The position numbers were made by a program, and so were the translations under genes. A stretch of 64,000 bases of DNA, taken from positions 1 through 64,000 of the forward strand of contig KZ538471.1 in the NCBI GenBank assembly GCA_000934665.2. The letters are read 5' to 3'. Below, piece after piece: positions 10,901-25,559 of the stretch (position 1 is its first letter; the number at the start of each line of letters is the position of its first letter). This stretch comes from Catajapyx aquilonaris. Its lineage: Eukaryota. The notes below the pieces were generated by a model. It saw nothing but the letters and a program-made list of their open reading frames with translations. It did not search any database and was not told where the DNA came from.

Positions 10901-13900
10901 TTTAAATCTAAGCTTTCCTGCCAGGCATGCGGATTGGAGGTTTAGAAATGTCGCGAACGACCCTTCGCAACCCCGAAAGGTCGTTTGCTCCTGTAAAGGT
11001 CACGCGCCGTTTCAGTGACTTCCCTAGGTGTTACGTAATCAGTACTAGTTAGCGCGGTTTGTGGGACGTTATTTTGAGCAATATGTTGCATGTATTTTGT
11101 AGCTGTGGAAACCATGGTAGGTATAACTGCTTGCAGTTTTTATCGCGAAAGTATTTTTATAATACGAGTATTAATCACGCTGGAGAGAGAATTGAAAAAA
11201 AAAAAAAACTGAAGTTGGATGAAAGCGATGCCTTTCGAAAGGATCAGAATAAATTTTCGCGATTGTAACTCATGCGCAATTATTGCACAGTAAACTTTTG
11301 TGTAAGGGAATATCTCCGTTTCGGACAGTTTACGTATACCAAAGATGTTGCCGTTACATGTGCAAGATATGCATTAAAAATTCCCCTCCTGTGTGCTACT
11401 CGTTGTGTAATGGATAAGTTTTAGGTCATCCAGGATCTGTTACAGAGAGGCTTCACTATGATGCGTTAAAAATAGCTCATTGACTGTATATATACGTACT
11501 TACCGGGAGTGCAATAGTCGATCTATTAATCAAGGTTCAGTACAGTATAGTGCAAAGGTTTAATGATTGGTAAATGTAAAGTCATTTGTGCATAACTCGA
11601 GATCTTATTTTCTGACTTCGTATTGCAATGGACATATCTCTAACTATAGTGAATCGGCGTCACTGAATACACAGATTCACAAAAGAGAAGTGCAAACTTT
11701 CCACATTTCTTGAGCAACCTTAAGGAAACCGATCTATCCGGAGATTGGGGGCCGAAGATATTTGCAGATATAAGGGCTGGTGCCAAGCTATAATAACGAT
11801 GGGATTCACGTCCCTCGCTTCGGAAACACTCATGCATGAAATTCAGAGATTGTGTATATATTGCAGGAGTTCGCACTTTGTGCTAGTTCCAGGATAAATG
11901 GGATTGCGGCTCGCTATTGAGATCTATAAGCCAGTTTGGTGCTGGATATAGCCCTATTCTTACATTGTCATTTTTTCAACCAGCCTTTTTTTTTTTTGCC
12001 CTCTTTTGTATTCTTTCGGCGAAAAGGGAGCCTTCTTGATACCAACCTACGTGAATATCACGTTTCGAAGTAGGCGGTCCATTAGAAGAGCTGTTTATAG
12101 ATATCTGTGTCTTTGCGATATAGTATTCCAAATACATAGCGCGTCGGGTTTCTCGCACCATTATGCGCGATGTTCCATATGGTCGCCGTTGCTGGGAGCG
12201 TTTGTATGCTTCAGTTACGCAGGTCGCAGATGAGTACTGATATTTTGTTTCCACTTCCCTGCGCTAAAAGTAGGCTGCTGCCCATGTAGTTGTTGCTAGG
12301 TCGGCTTATATTCACGTTCTATTATGTGACATAAATGACGTAATTACACGAGCTCATTTATTTCATGTATAAAAAATAAACGAGCGCACATAATTAAGCC
12401 GCATGAAATAGCTATAGTGCAAGCTGTGTCACTGTGCCATGAACACATTTTTAGGCACATTAACTATGGTTAGAAACGCAATTTGCATTACCAACGAAGG
12501 AACTGAAAAATTGCAACCGGTGGGCGCCCCAGCTTTAGCCAGCCATTAAACCCGGCAATTAGTAATTAATCACGCATACATAATTAATGTTAGATCATAG
12601 ATGCTGCTGTTTCCATTTGCGAGTTAATGCTGAGTACCTATTATTATTACGATGCTTTTATTAACCTACATCGCTTGTGTCCATCGCCATGTTTGTTTTA
12701 TGCAAGGTAAAAACAAAAGCTAGTATGTAACTAGTCGTTTGACACCTGCCACCATGATGATAGTCATGAATATTGCACCGCTTGCCTAAGGTTTCACTCT
12801 AGAAGCATACATCCCTGTAGGGTATGTTTAAAAATTAACAGCCGTATTTAGGCTAGTGTTAGGTGGTCTAAATGGGAGGGTTCTCCAGGGATACCCAGGA
12901 GCTGTGTTTGGGCAAGGTCGGCCCCAGTAACCCACCTTTTTCCTGCCGAGTATGCAACCCAAGAGTCTCTCTTGTGCGGCGGGTGTGCGTGATATCAGGC
13001 GCTTTGGGAGAAGTCTGGGTTCGGTTGGGGTTGGTAAGTTGGTTGCTTGGGATGTCATTGACGGACCCCTTTTCTGGGATTTAGTGCACGTCGCAGGGAT
13101 TTATGGCGCAGGAGTTTTGAGAAAAGTTAGACCCTGCTCGAAATTTTTTAGGTTGTGGACCGCCGGCGCCACGCTTGTCTTCATCTTAAAGAGAGTGGGG
13201 CAGTAAAAGAAGGGAATGTGTAGTGACACTGCGTCCCGTTATTCTTATGCGGATTTATTGCGAATGTGAATTTGGAGTCTGGGCGAAGTTAGAAAAGGCA
13301 GCGCAGCAGGCAGATTTTTCAAGGCGTAATTGAGAAACTTAGCTCGGTGCTGGCGGAATCAATTTTAGTCAAGGAGTGAAAAAGCTAAGAAGTAGGCTTA
13401 TAGTGGAAGGTGGAATGACTGGGGTTGAAATAAGAAGTGGCATTTATAATTGCTATTTGGCACATTGCTGTGAGTTTTGAACCCGATGATGTACAGAATT
13501 GCTGGCGATGTTGTTTGAACACGTGCTAACAAGTACTCCCAAGTTGACAGGTTCGCGAATCGAGCCAAGATTTCTCTTTCAATGTGGATTACAACCTTTG
13601 ACTTCACTAGTCATTTGTATCAGTTCAGAAGCTGGGTTAGCTTATTGCAGGAGCTGGCAAAATGTAATTTCGTTATATGTGTTTCATACCGAGCAATGCT
13701 CCTATCAACTTAAATAGCACGCGGTGTCAGAACCAGGCAAAGTTCCTCCAAATTGGGAATCTAGGCCCCACCCATCCAACCGCATCCAACCGTAAATAAA
13801 CATAAAAGAGTTATTCTCAGTACCACCTTCCCATCCACACCACCTTTAAGAAGCAGAGGGGGAAAAAAAAAGTTTTGGCAAGACACAATTAGGCGATGAG

Positions 13901-16900
13901 CACATTGAGAAGGCACGGAAAATCTCCTCGAGCTAAAATACTTCATTCATCGAGCTCCATTTTGGAACAGCCTACCTCCAAGCAGGGAAAAAAAAAGAGC
14001 ACGCGTGAACTTGAGTTTGCGATAAAAGTGTCTTATAGTATATACGGGTGAGTGCGGATCATTCAACTTTTGCGCCTGTGTGATGAGGCCTTGGCTGAGT
14101 ATTTTGAAGAGAGAGAGGGGTGGTAGAGGGTGGGTATAAAGTAAGAGCGCCCTTGCACTCGAGACCTCTTCGGGACACATGCCAAGGCTGCATTGCGTCC
14201 TCCTGGCGGCAGACTCGCTAAGTTAACTGCTAAACCGCGATCGAAACTGCGACCGTGGCCCGGGGGCGGCCCCTCCCCCATCCTTGCACCCTATAGACTA
14301 TTCCACCCACCCGGCGCGTGTCAATAGCCGCCCACGTTATCTTCTGAAATAATTATGCTGTTTACGCCGTGATCAAAATCGAGTGCGGGTGGAGGTGACA
14401 AGAGGCTATAGGAAAAGGCATGGGTGATGCGCCACCTGAATTGGCATGTGATATTGTATCATGGGGCGACAGTGTTGTGGTGAGGGCTGTCGGCCTGGAT
14501 GCACACAACTTGCTTCATAATAATTTAGGGAGGAAAATTATATGGGTAGAAAAATATGGCCCCAGGTATCCGTACTATGCGCGAATTCAATGTACGTTGG
14601 ATAGGCGACACTAGGAAATTGCATTCTTGGGACCTGTCTACTCCACCCATTTCTGAGGTTGTGTCGATAGCATTGGATGTGAAGGGAATTGAAAATGGCC
14701 TGAAATAACTGTAACATTGTATGGGTTTGTTGTAATATCGAAACTACTGAAACATCATGTGTTATTTGTTGAAATAAGTGGAAATTCTTTTCTAGGCAAT
14801 TTTAATTTTCTTTACACCATTATCAGTGGTTGCATTGAACGCTTGAAACTACACCATCACATTTCTCGATAGACGTCAACGATGAAGGGAATACAAGTGA
14901 GTTAACAAAAGCAGGATGGAAAATTGAGGGGGTAACAACTTACCATTTTGGGATTGTCGTAAGGGTTTATGGGATTCACATATATATTTATGGCCAAGCG
15001 AACTCCGCATTTACATAGTTGTTAGCCCCTCGTGAAAAATATGACTCATAAATAAACGACATTCCAAAAAATTGACACATTAGGAAACTAATACATTACA
15101 AACTTGTCTGCGTGTTTTTTTAGTACCTGGAAGTGTATTGAACATTAGAGCGTTGACCGTGCAGTAATAATTAAATAATCCGTAAATGTAAACACGTTTC
15201 TGCGCCACTTTCACGTTGCTGCCCAATTATTTAATTATATGTGTGCTGCATGCTGCCATAATGTAATGAAAATGTACTTCGGAAACAGGCGAGCAAACAT
15301 AGGCATGATAAAATTTATGGGAATGCATACTAATGATGGGTTAATTTTAGTATGCAAATACCGCACCGATAAATACACTCTGCAAAAAAAAAACAAGAAA
15401 CGAACACATCTAACAAGTCAGAATGGCGCTATTGAACTTGCCTTCACGCTGAAGGTCAACTTGTTTAAATTTTCATGCCCAATTTGAGTAATTAATGGTT
15501 TTGAGGCGGACTGAGTCACGATTATGCAGGTAAACACGAGGGCAAAAAGTGGGCGGGTTTTATGGTAGGGGTTATAGTATGATGGGAAGGGTGAAAAGAG
15601 AGATGTGGCTTGCAATGGCCGTTTACAAGCAAGTCGAGTCACTAGCTGCAGGGCTCCAGCCCAGCGCACTGAATCATGAATACGGTCATGAATAAATGGA
15701 TAGCCTCGAAGGAAGTAGTGGACGAAGGCCTGTCGCTGACCCGTGTTAATTTTTAAGACTCTGACGTGGTTCTTTTTGGACTATTTTTAAGATTTGCTGC
15801 GACAGCACGATTTTTTTATATTCTTTCCCAACTATGGCGAGGCGAATGCGGACTTTTTGCAGCGCAATTGCATAGCTTATTCAAATAAAAACGAGAAAAA
15901 GTGCCATAAATTTTTTTTAAAGACCCGTGGGATGCGTTTTTAAAAACGATATCACTTTTTCTTTTCCTTTTATACCCATCGTACTTACAGTTAGTGTTAC
16001 ACGTACACCTGGTACACTGTTTGATGACTACAGGCTGCTGACTATTGTGCAGGACGACTAGGGAGTGAGTTGGATTGAATTTGAAGATCTTTCCACGAGT
16101 CGCTTCCTCTTTTGGGTCTCGACTTCTCCCAAAGAGTGGCGGTTCAAGTTTGACCCCGGGGACATCACCACTTCAGTCTATCGATTTATTTTTGGGGAGG
16201 TGTTTTGGGGAGTTGAGCCCTCCGCCATTTTACAATCGTCTATCGCTCTGCTTTACTGACCGGATTCCCTGTTGATACACTTGGACATCTCCATTCCGTT
16301 GCTGTCAACGTTTCTTTACCGGACCTATATTTTATCGATATTTATTCCCCGAGGCCAAATTGTGCTATTGGCATTCATCCTGGGCCGTTCTTTTGATGCG
16401 CAGTGTCAATTTGGTAAAGTAGTTACGTCAGCGGGGTTGCAACTTGAATATAAATACCCTGGACTCAATTACACTGATTACACCTCATATGCGAGTGGAT
16501 CTGTCCTATAGCACGAGCTGGTGGCACCCAAATCTGTATAAAAATTGCAAGGGGGACCACCTCAACCTGTATACAAAGTATGTGTGGCGTGTCTTGTGTG
16601 CGATATGTTGAGTGATGGGAATTTGACGTTATTCTTGTGATATCGGTGCGTGACCTCCGAATGGCGTGACCTATCGATCTCTTGCAGTCGTCCTTGAACC
16701 CGAAAGGTAGCTTGAAAAGGCGTGGGCGATAAGGCCTGCAGGTGAATTCATCTCATGTTTGGAGGACCGGGGACCTGAGGAGGTAATTAGTTGGTTTTTG
16801 ATGAGTTGGAGCCCCATACTTAGGCGGCGTGTAAAAGGTTGGAGCTCATAAGACGGATTCGTGTTGATTTTCGCCACCTGCAGTGGTTAGGTGATTGGGA

Positions 16901-18127
16901 GAAGGTTGGCATGCAGCCGCCATTTTCGCATGGCCTAATGATATCCCAATGGATCAACGGCCCCTCACGAAGAGTATTTTCATGAGCAGTAAAGCACAGA
17001 TTATCGTGTTCAATATAATAAAGAGTGGTGACATAATATGGCTCTCTGGAATACGGCAGTGTCACGGCAGTTGGTGGGCGGACTATTTAGAATAGGGTTA
17101 TATTATGCAGTAAGGCTGCAAGTGCCACACGTAACAGCTAATATTGTTGGGCTGCTGGAAGAATAAACTGGCCTTGAAGACAATGCAGAAGGACACCTGA
17201 ATGTCCTCAAGCTCTTCCCTGGGAATTATTTAATACTTGGGTCGTACAATGGCGGGCGGGTCTGAGACTGTAGGACGCAAATGCACTGTGGAAGTTTTGA
17301 TATGTTTCTCAGGAAAGCTGCGAGTTATTATTAATCACAATGCGGTGCCTGTCTTTCCACGCAAATAGTGTATTGTGTAATTGTTTGCTGTAATGCATCA
17401 CTGTATACCGAATGGGGGAATGACATGTCTTCTGTACCTCTCTCGAGAGTAAATGGCCTCATTTTTGAACAGAAAGGAGTAAATGTTTAAACTCAACGTA
17501 GCAATCATCGGCTATACAGTATAAGGATTTATAGCAAATCTAATTAGGTATCGAATGCTTCTAAGAAGCTTGTCTTTAGCCTGTTATCTTGCAAACTTGA
17601 AATGACTAACTCACACAAGAATCGATTCCATCAAACGACATGCCCGTTATCCTGCAGTCACCCCATTAAAGTCAAGAGAGCAAAAGATAGCTAATGAGAT
17701 TCATGGGGGTGAATCCTTGTTGAATTGTAGTTCCCAAGAAGTTTCGTGTTTCTTGCGGAAATGATCAGACGATAATCCTGGTGGAAGTTTGGGTCATTGT
17801 GTACGTCTTGATTAAAAAGTCCATAATGCCGGAGGATGCCGCGACAGCATGAACAATGTTAATTAAAACCTAATTACAGTGTCTTGTTACTTGCCTCATA
17901 GAACGGTGTAAATAGATTTAATGATCTCCAAATCTGTTTGCGTAATAACGCCAGGAACTTAATTACATTAAAGTTCACAGCATGGGGGGAGGAGGTGCTT
18001 GGTCCGCCATAATATTACCACATATTGTACCCAAGCATCCTCAAAGAAGCGGCAGCATTTTTGATCCTTCCAGTTATAGTTCAGGAGGATGAGGCACCTA
18101 TACTGTATATAGGCCAGTGTGGATATA

Positions 18128-18667
18128 CAGGGTGATCCAACTCTATGGCACCAGTAGTTATTGAAAAAATCGCGCAAGCTGCTTGTTTATAAGCAAGTCG
18201 TTGCTAAGAGATGCTTTCTGGCTCTTTCTGGAGAATCGGGAATAGCACCTGCTGATATTAGGTCCAATGGCCATGTAACAATAATATTTTATTTGCTGGT
18301 AACTAAACAACGCTGCCTGTTGACCTGTCTCAGTTTTGCCAACAGCGGCCAACAATGAACAGACCAGAAGGCCTATTTATTGACACACCCGGGTCTGTCC
18401 AGTTCCGACGGATTAGACCTTTGGTTTGGCAGCTAGTGACCTCATGTGAAACCCTCCAGCGAACACCAGAACAGCCTGTTTCCCACGGATGATCCTTTTT
18501 TCCCTCATTAATATTGTTACATGGGCATTGGACCTAATATCAGCAGGTGCTATTCCCGATTCTCCAGAAAGTAACTCTTATTGATCTCTTAGCAACGACC
18601 TGCTTATAAACAAGCAGCTTGTTGATTTTTCCAATAACTGTTGGTGCCACAGAGTTGGATCACCCTG
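18128..18667. mobile_element. Tc1/mariner-type MITE, 540 bp, ~155-bp TIRs
   Basis: TA|CAGGGTGATCCAACTCT ... AGAGTTGGATCACCCTG|TA. Arms 18128-18283 and 18512-18667 are near-identical reverse complements. No transposase ORF. Confidence 0.92.
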
Positions 18668-20074
18668 TATAGTTCTCAAAGGAGGCGGCGCTGATTAAGA
18701 TATCCTGGCAGCTGTTCCCAATTTGTTAATGAGCCAGTTGGATCTAGATGAGAAGCTAATCCTGATGAGACTGGTGGAGGCGGGAATATTTCTCCGGCGC
18801 ATTTCCTGAAGATTCAAGCAATTTCATTGGAAAGACAGAGTGTCTTAGCGACATTTTTTTGAAGCAACTAATTGTTTTGATGTTAAACGCGTGTCAAGGA
18901 TTTTTCTCTGAGAGGGAACGAAATCAATCCCTGGAAGCGGTGGAAGGTATAGCCTTGACTGCTTGAGCAAGGAAGGTAAACAATGTTTCGTTGGGCAACT
19001 ACATTATGCTACTATTTTAGACATGCAGTAAAAAGTAGGCCGTAATCAGTTGCTACGTTTATTTCACATCGTGCATGAGCCTGTACGGATCTGTTGGATG
19101 TTGTTGAAATACTTGGCAAAGCAGATTTGTTGTGCACATATGCATTTGGCATTTGGGATTACATGTTTTGTACTTTTGATATCAATGCGTACGATCGGAC
19201 TTGTTATATAGCACTGAGGAGTATTGCCGGTGGGATAAGGTAGATAATATTACAACAGTGTATAATTATGTACATGTAGTTAATGTTATTACTGAGGTAG
19301 ACTACGGACACCATCACAGTCGGCCGATGTATTTATACACGGCTGTACGTATAATGCTTTTAAAACCACATTACCTAAATTTGCCCATTATCTGAGGAGA
19401 AAACCTGCTAATCTGTAAGTGCTCGTGTTAAATTGCAAAACATTTTAATAATTACATTGCCTTACAATATATAATAACTTGGATATGAGCAAGTGTAGAG
19501 GTGCTGTAGAGGTGGGCCAGAGCAACTTATCAGTGTGTTGATTGTGCTTTTTGATGACTTTTATGGTGTGAATATGCTAATGGGGGAGAGGAGGACAGCA
19601 GCACTTTTGAAACGTGAAATGTGACAACTTTCCAGTTCGTACAGTGCGGGTTGGTTACCTCTGGGATTCACATCATAAACACCAGTAAAATTGGCTTAGG
19701 TCTTGGAAGCGCAACGAGACAGTGATGGTGACTTATGATGTTTCAGGCTTAATCTGAAAATAAAACAACGAATGGTGTCACGTTATTGGCATAATGCTTT
19801 TGTATATTGAGTTTTCAGGCATGAATGATGTCGAGGATCAGTGTATGATGGTTATCTCTGACTCTTTTCTTGATGGTAAGGCGCGTTACCGTTGATGATG
19901 ATCTGCCATTGTAGAGTGAATCCATAAGCGGAAGCTGACTGAGGCACAGGGGGGATAGAGGCTGAATTTTGCTGCTGATGATAGGATAGTGATGACGGCT
20001 GGCCTAATCTAACACGCACCACTATTGCCCCTTTTCAGTGACTTTTCTCGTGAAATTTCGTCTTTGTTGTACGC

Positions 20075-20172
<98 letters not shown>
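20075..20172. repeat. (TAT)n microsatellite
   Basis: Seen directly; one TAC interruption. Confidence 0.97.
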
Positions 20173-20173
<1 letters not shown>

Positions 20174-21624
20174 ATTGCGACATAGCGTAGGCTACGTTAT
20201 TTGAAGGCTTGTTGTGTAACTTGTTATGCCGTGCATAGTACATATTTGCAGAGGGAATAGGTAAACAAACTTTGAGAACGTGTATCTTTTATGCTAGATA
20301 ACATTGAGGCAAATCATAATGGTAATGATGGAACTTGACAGTCATTCTTGTGCACGATGAACTTTGAAGCAAGATTCACGAGAAACTATGTTCGTCTATC
20401 GAAGATAAGATAAAGTTAGGGTTCCATTGTAAGATAAGTAAATAGCTTGGTGGACGTAGTTAGCGTGCTATGCAGAGTTGCCACTTGGTTTCACATGTCG
20501 GGCACACTTCAGTTGACACGCGCAGGTCATGTGTTTGTCCCGGTTGCTACGCAATTTCGCGTTCATAGGCCTGTATGTACTGCAGGAGGCATATTGAATC
20601 ACAAGCTATTTTGATCAAAGGATGCTATTAATAGAATAATTCCACTGCCACCATTGCATAATTTATGGTTGAGAGGTTTTGGCTCCGCAATATTTCTTAT
20701 TGTGAGGGTGTGGATTGGCACCTTAAGGGAAGAAAATGTGCTGATTACGAGTAAACACAAGAGGTGTGCAAGGGTCTGACAGAATGATTGGATCCGTAAT
20801 GGAAGGGAGTTTGTTCGACGGCATCTTTGAACTGCCCCCGAAGAATGCCAAGGCAGTAGTTGGCATGTTCCTTTCACGATGTTTGCTCCACGCTAATTGA
20901 ATTGCGGGACGGCGAACCTGGTCCTCTGTATTCTCCGATGCTTCCAGGGGTCTCTCAGTTTCATCACATCCCGACTTATAGGTCCCGGATAAAAAAAAAG
21001 AAGGATTTAAAAAAGGAAGATCATTATTTCGATCTCTGGTCGGCTTCACCGTCGTCAACTTCAAAAATGCGTGGGATTATCGGAAGGCCAGGATCATTGT
21101 GGGTTAATCCTCGCCTTTTTGTGTGGGGATGGATGTCGGGCGACGCAGATTAATGAGCCATGGCGGGCAAAAGACCAAGGGGCGTATTGTAAAGTGGGAA
21201 TTATGGAAACACGACGCGTCCAGCTGAGACCTTGGGAATATATCACTGCCTCTTTTTAGAACTTCTCACTTTATATCACGAAATGTGGGTGACCTTTGAG
21301 GTCGGAAACATTATTTCAGTTGGGGGGGGGGGGTAGAGAAAAGATTGTAAGCGTCTGGGCCCCCTCCAACTAGTTTGTAGTGTGTGATATCCATCGATGG
21401 TGATTTATTCAGCGTTGGTTCGATGGACGACGCCCACGAAAGACATTTCCGGGCGGGTGAAAAAGGGGACCGCTTTGAAAATATTATGCAAATGGTGGGA
21501 GGGGTGTTTGCCGGGCTTTTTTAGGGGCTGCCGAGGGGAAAGGGTACCTGAGAAATTAATCGTGTGTAGTTATTAATGCGATGAAGGTGATGGACGATCG
21601 TTTTATGGTGTTTTTTATGATGTA

Positions 21625-21966
21625 CAGGGTGGGGCAAAATGTCCGTATTTTCTCTCGACTTGCGAATTTGCTGCAGTTGATAGGCGACTCATGTAGCACA
21701 TAGATGGTTGAGGGTGAAAAAAAAAACCTTTGCTAATTTTATGATAGTGCCTGCTGCATACCGGTACCCTTAAACACGAAACAGGCCACAGCGCACAGGA
21801 GGTCTTTCCCATGTAGGATATTTTCGAAGCTCGTCAGCGTGTAGAACCGTCAGATTATGTCTGGTTTAGCAGCTTAACTTGTCACTCATAAGTCAGTGAC
21901 TATGTAGATTTTCCGAAAATAACTCTCATTCATAAATATCCGTACAAAGAACGGACACCCACCTAG
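21625..21966. mobile_element. old Tc1/mariner-type MITE with decayed TIRs
   Basis: TA|CAGGGTGGGGCAAAATGTCCGT at left and ACGGACACCCACCTAG|TA at right (reverse complement CTAGGTGGG--TGTCCGT); TA on both sides. Confidence 0.45.
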
Positions 21967-22648
21967 TACGCATATGATCGACGGAACCAATTGGGAACCA
22001 GTTGGCGGCATGATTTCAATGGAGTCGACGACGTTGCCCAAATCAATTGTAGCACATTTTTTTTGGAATATCGCACAAAGTCAGAGCGGAAGTGCGTACC
22101 ACCATGAAAGGACTCTAATGCCCAAGTTTCGACGCCATAATTTCTTGACCTTGGAAAAGCTTTTTTAACGAAGTACACAGATCCCTCTTTCACCGAGGGC
22201 ACTTGAGAAATGAAAGCAGGGGCCAATTTGAGCTTGATTCTGCACTGTCAAATATAATTGGGTCTAAAGACCAGCTACTCTGCAAATAAAGATGCATTTG
22301 CTAGCAATAAGTATGCATTCTACATTATATGGAGAGTCTATTGCAATACTGACTTGACCTACGCTCCAAATTTGTATTCAGTCGTGAATGGCCAAAATAC
22401 ACAAATGACCAAAATGCGGCATAACAATAGGGTGTTACACATAGAGCAACGTGCATGTGATAGTCTCCCAGAGATGGCGCGAAAGCACGTGATGAAAGAC
22501 CCGTCCGGAATAATAAACCCCCGCGTTGTACACGTACCAAATGAGACCTTGGAAAGGCGTGCGGTATGGCGCTGGCAAAATTTGATTTGCATGCCGTCCA
22601 AGATGAGACGTGGTCCCCCGAGGTGCCTCCATCCCCCCCCATTCCCTA

Positions 22649-23186
22649 TCCCGCCATCTCTCTCATCGGAAGGTGTCTTATTTTAAGGAGAGGCAATTTC
22701 GCCAGCTCCTCCCCAGCGGCACCCCGACTCATCCTGACACCATTAGCCAAGGTTTCCTTTCCTATCCCGGGTCCCCAGAGCTGCTCTCCCGATTACGGTC
22801 ACGAACCCTGGAATCCCGATCAAAGGGCCACCCTGAGGATTGCAGGAAGGTCTTTGGCAGCAAAGCAACTCCTTCCTGGTCCGTTTCTTTTGTGAAGAAC
22901 TGGGTCGCGTGTGGAGGGTTCTGAAGCAGGTGATGTGTGGCCCACCACACCAGTTGTTGGGGGGTTTAGAAGCGTGTGTTGACCAGCGCAATAATTTAGG
23001 GGGGCCATGGGTTCGTGATGATAAGCAGTTTTTTTAGGAAGATTATTTTTACTCCGGAGGAAGCAGACTAGTGGTCTGTAGAAAGTTTATTGCGGTTGGT
23101 TGCGAAACTGGATGTTTAGGATCTATGAACCCGTAGAGTCGTTGCGGCCTATTCCGGGGTTCATCACTTCCAGAGAGATGGCGGGA
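22649..23186. mobile_element. GC-rich segment bounded by a perfect 15-bp inverted repeat (probable old MITE)
   Basis: TCCCGCCATCTCTCT (22649-22663) and AGAGAGATGGCGGGA (23172-23186); no TSD seen. Confidence 0.4.
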
Positions 23187-25327
23187 AGTTCAATCACTCG
23201 TAATCTCGTGACGTAACGTATACTGTACAGTCGCTTGCTACAGGTACGACCCACTCTTGGGACTGGTTGCCATTGCATTGAGATTAGATTTAATTATGCA
23301 GCGAATTTATCCACTCATTTATCAGGAGTTTGCGTGGTAATATTTGTTGAATGATAAGGATAGCGTGGCGGAAAAGTTGATATGGGCTGTGCTGCTCCAG
23401 AAAGAAGATTTAAACCTGAAAAAAATAATTCAGCATTATGCGACAAGCTCACAATGTTTGCAATGTCATTACTACTACTGTACATACAGATTGTAATTGC
23501 GGGTGCTTGTAATAACGATGTTTATTGATTCCCCTTAGAGTTATGGGCTACAGTTTATTACCAGTCCAGTTAGTCAATAACCTTATACCGTTACAGTGGT
23601 ACTTGTATGCAATCATTGTATTTGTTCTTCCATGCCTTTTCAGTTATATACTTAAGCATGTTAATTAATACTTTAAATAGTATTCCGCCATAGTAAATAA
23701 AAGAAAAGCTGACTAAAATGGGTCGACCAGCGTATTATTAACTCTGACAAGATCCAGTGACTGCTTGTATACAAATAATTTACTACCTCCCACGAGAGAA
23801 TTTTTCTCTCTCTCTCTCGTGTACAGAACGCAGGCATGCTTCTGACATTGGCCGAATCTATTCCATTGTGAGCTTTGGCATATTTGACCTAAGAGTAGGC
23901 CCCCAACAAAAGACACTGATGGTTTGATCCACGTTCTCTCGTGACTCCGCCGTATTTTATGCTTTGAGGCATACACTGTGGGGGGAAACAAAGAGATAAT
24001 CAGCGGCCGTTACAACCGGCCAGGTAATCAACTCGTACGTTTCGTTTGTGCTTTCTTGCGTCCTTATCGCACGTGCATATTGTACTTGAGCTCGGTATAT
24101 TATTCTGCGTCTGTTTGCCATGCGTCGTTGGTATTGCCGAGCTTGTCATTGAGCTATCCTCGCTCTTGGCCGTGAGGTCACCAGCGGACTACCGGCCGGA
24201 TAATTTCGCAGACTATCGAGCGTTCAGAGCAGCCACGAATAACGTGCATGATGATTTTTGCATCAGGGACTGGTACACTCTCAGACCAAATGTTGTGCTA
24301 ACTGAAAGTAGGAGGTTTTTGCTACCGAGCGTGACGCGATTCAGGGTTGATTCACACGAGAGCTGGCCAGGTGAAGCGAGAGGTGTGCTTGATGTTCTGG
24401 AGCCCTATTCCCCTATTAGCACGCTGTTACACCATTTCATGATCGAGTATGGGCCTCAGGACATAGCGTGAAACTAGTTTTAGAATCCGCATATAGTCAC
24501 ACGGCGGAGTATGTGGCACACCCATTGTAATTTTGTGTATGTTTTCACACGCACTAAGTGTTGCTGTTGGATATGGTGCGTGAGGAAGGCTTTGAAACGC
24601 ACGACGTTGCAGCCATGTTTAGTCGAGGCGCTTTTGCAAATGCTTAGCGAAACATGACACCCGTGGCGAAAATCAACAAACGTACTGTACTTTGGGAGAC
24701 AGGACCTCACTTGGTGTCACCTTTCCCTTCGTAGCAAGGCTGGGCTGACTTGGTACTTTATTTCCCGGGGAAGGGGTTTTGCAGGAGTGGTGTTATCTTG
24801 ATAGGCGCAACTGGGAACGATGGCACGATTTGCATGTCAGTGTCAGAGTTTTCGTCGTAAAAGCGTATCAAGGGAACTTGGGGTTTGGTCGTAACTAACT
24901 CAGTTGTCTTAGCCTAGAACCCGATATTTTGCACGTGGTTTTATGCGAATGGCCGAACTTGAACTTGGCAACCATGGCAGTTGCTTTCCCTTTTCCCGCT
25001 TCCAGTTCAAGGTGGCTGGTATATAGGCATGGGTTTATCAAACGTGCATGGCGTAATTAGCATTTGATTGTGTAACAATATTGAGAATACTATGCAAATT
25101 GCGAAACCAGGTGTGGCGTGTGAATATTTTGTGGCGTAGCTTGTTCGTCTCGCACAGTGGCCACAACATGTGCCATATGCAGGATATGTTTCAGTCAGGT
25201 TCATCTGAAATCTGCCTCAGAAATGTTGGAACTCACACGAATGGTCACACTGTACAGTACAGGCGCTTTTTTCCGGCATGCTAATTATAGTAGTTATATG
25301 TATGTTTACTGTAGTTATTGTTGTGTA

Positions 25328-25559
25328 CCGAAGCAGGTTGGCATAGTGGATAAGGCGTCCGACTGCTAATCGGGAGGTCCTGGGTTCGAATCCCGGGGCC
25401 GGCAACCTTGACCGTGGTTTTCTGTGGTTTTCCACGGTCTTTCTAGGATAATTCCGGGGTCGCTTCCGTATAATAGGCCACAGCCGCTTCCTTCCTTCCC
25501 TATTCTTGGAGGTTGAATGGCAAATGCTGGGCCAACCTCATTAAATATCAATTAATGTA
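25328..25559 (+). mobile_element. young full-length tRNA-derived SINE, 232 bp
   Basis: A-box TGGCATAGTGG (25339-25349), B-box GGTTCGAATCC (25383-25393), body GGTTTTCTGTGGTTTTCC...TAGGCCACAGCCGCTTCCTTCC like arthropod SINE bodies, AT-rich tail, and perfect 17-bp TSD GTAGTTATTGTTGTGTA at 25311-25327 and 25560-25576. Confidence 0.92.

Noticed and set aside
20022..20243. Poly-Asn ORF (also the poly-Tyr ORF at 31366-31725)
   Set aside because: Translations of AAT/TAT microsatellites.
23216..23225. Match to the first 10 nt of miR-iab-4
   Set aside because: The match stops at 10 nt and there is no precursor hairpin.
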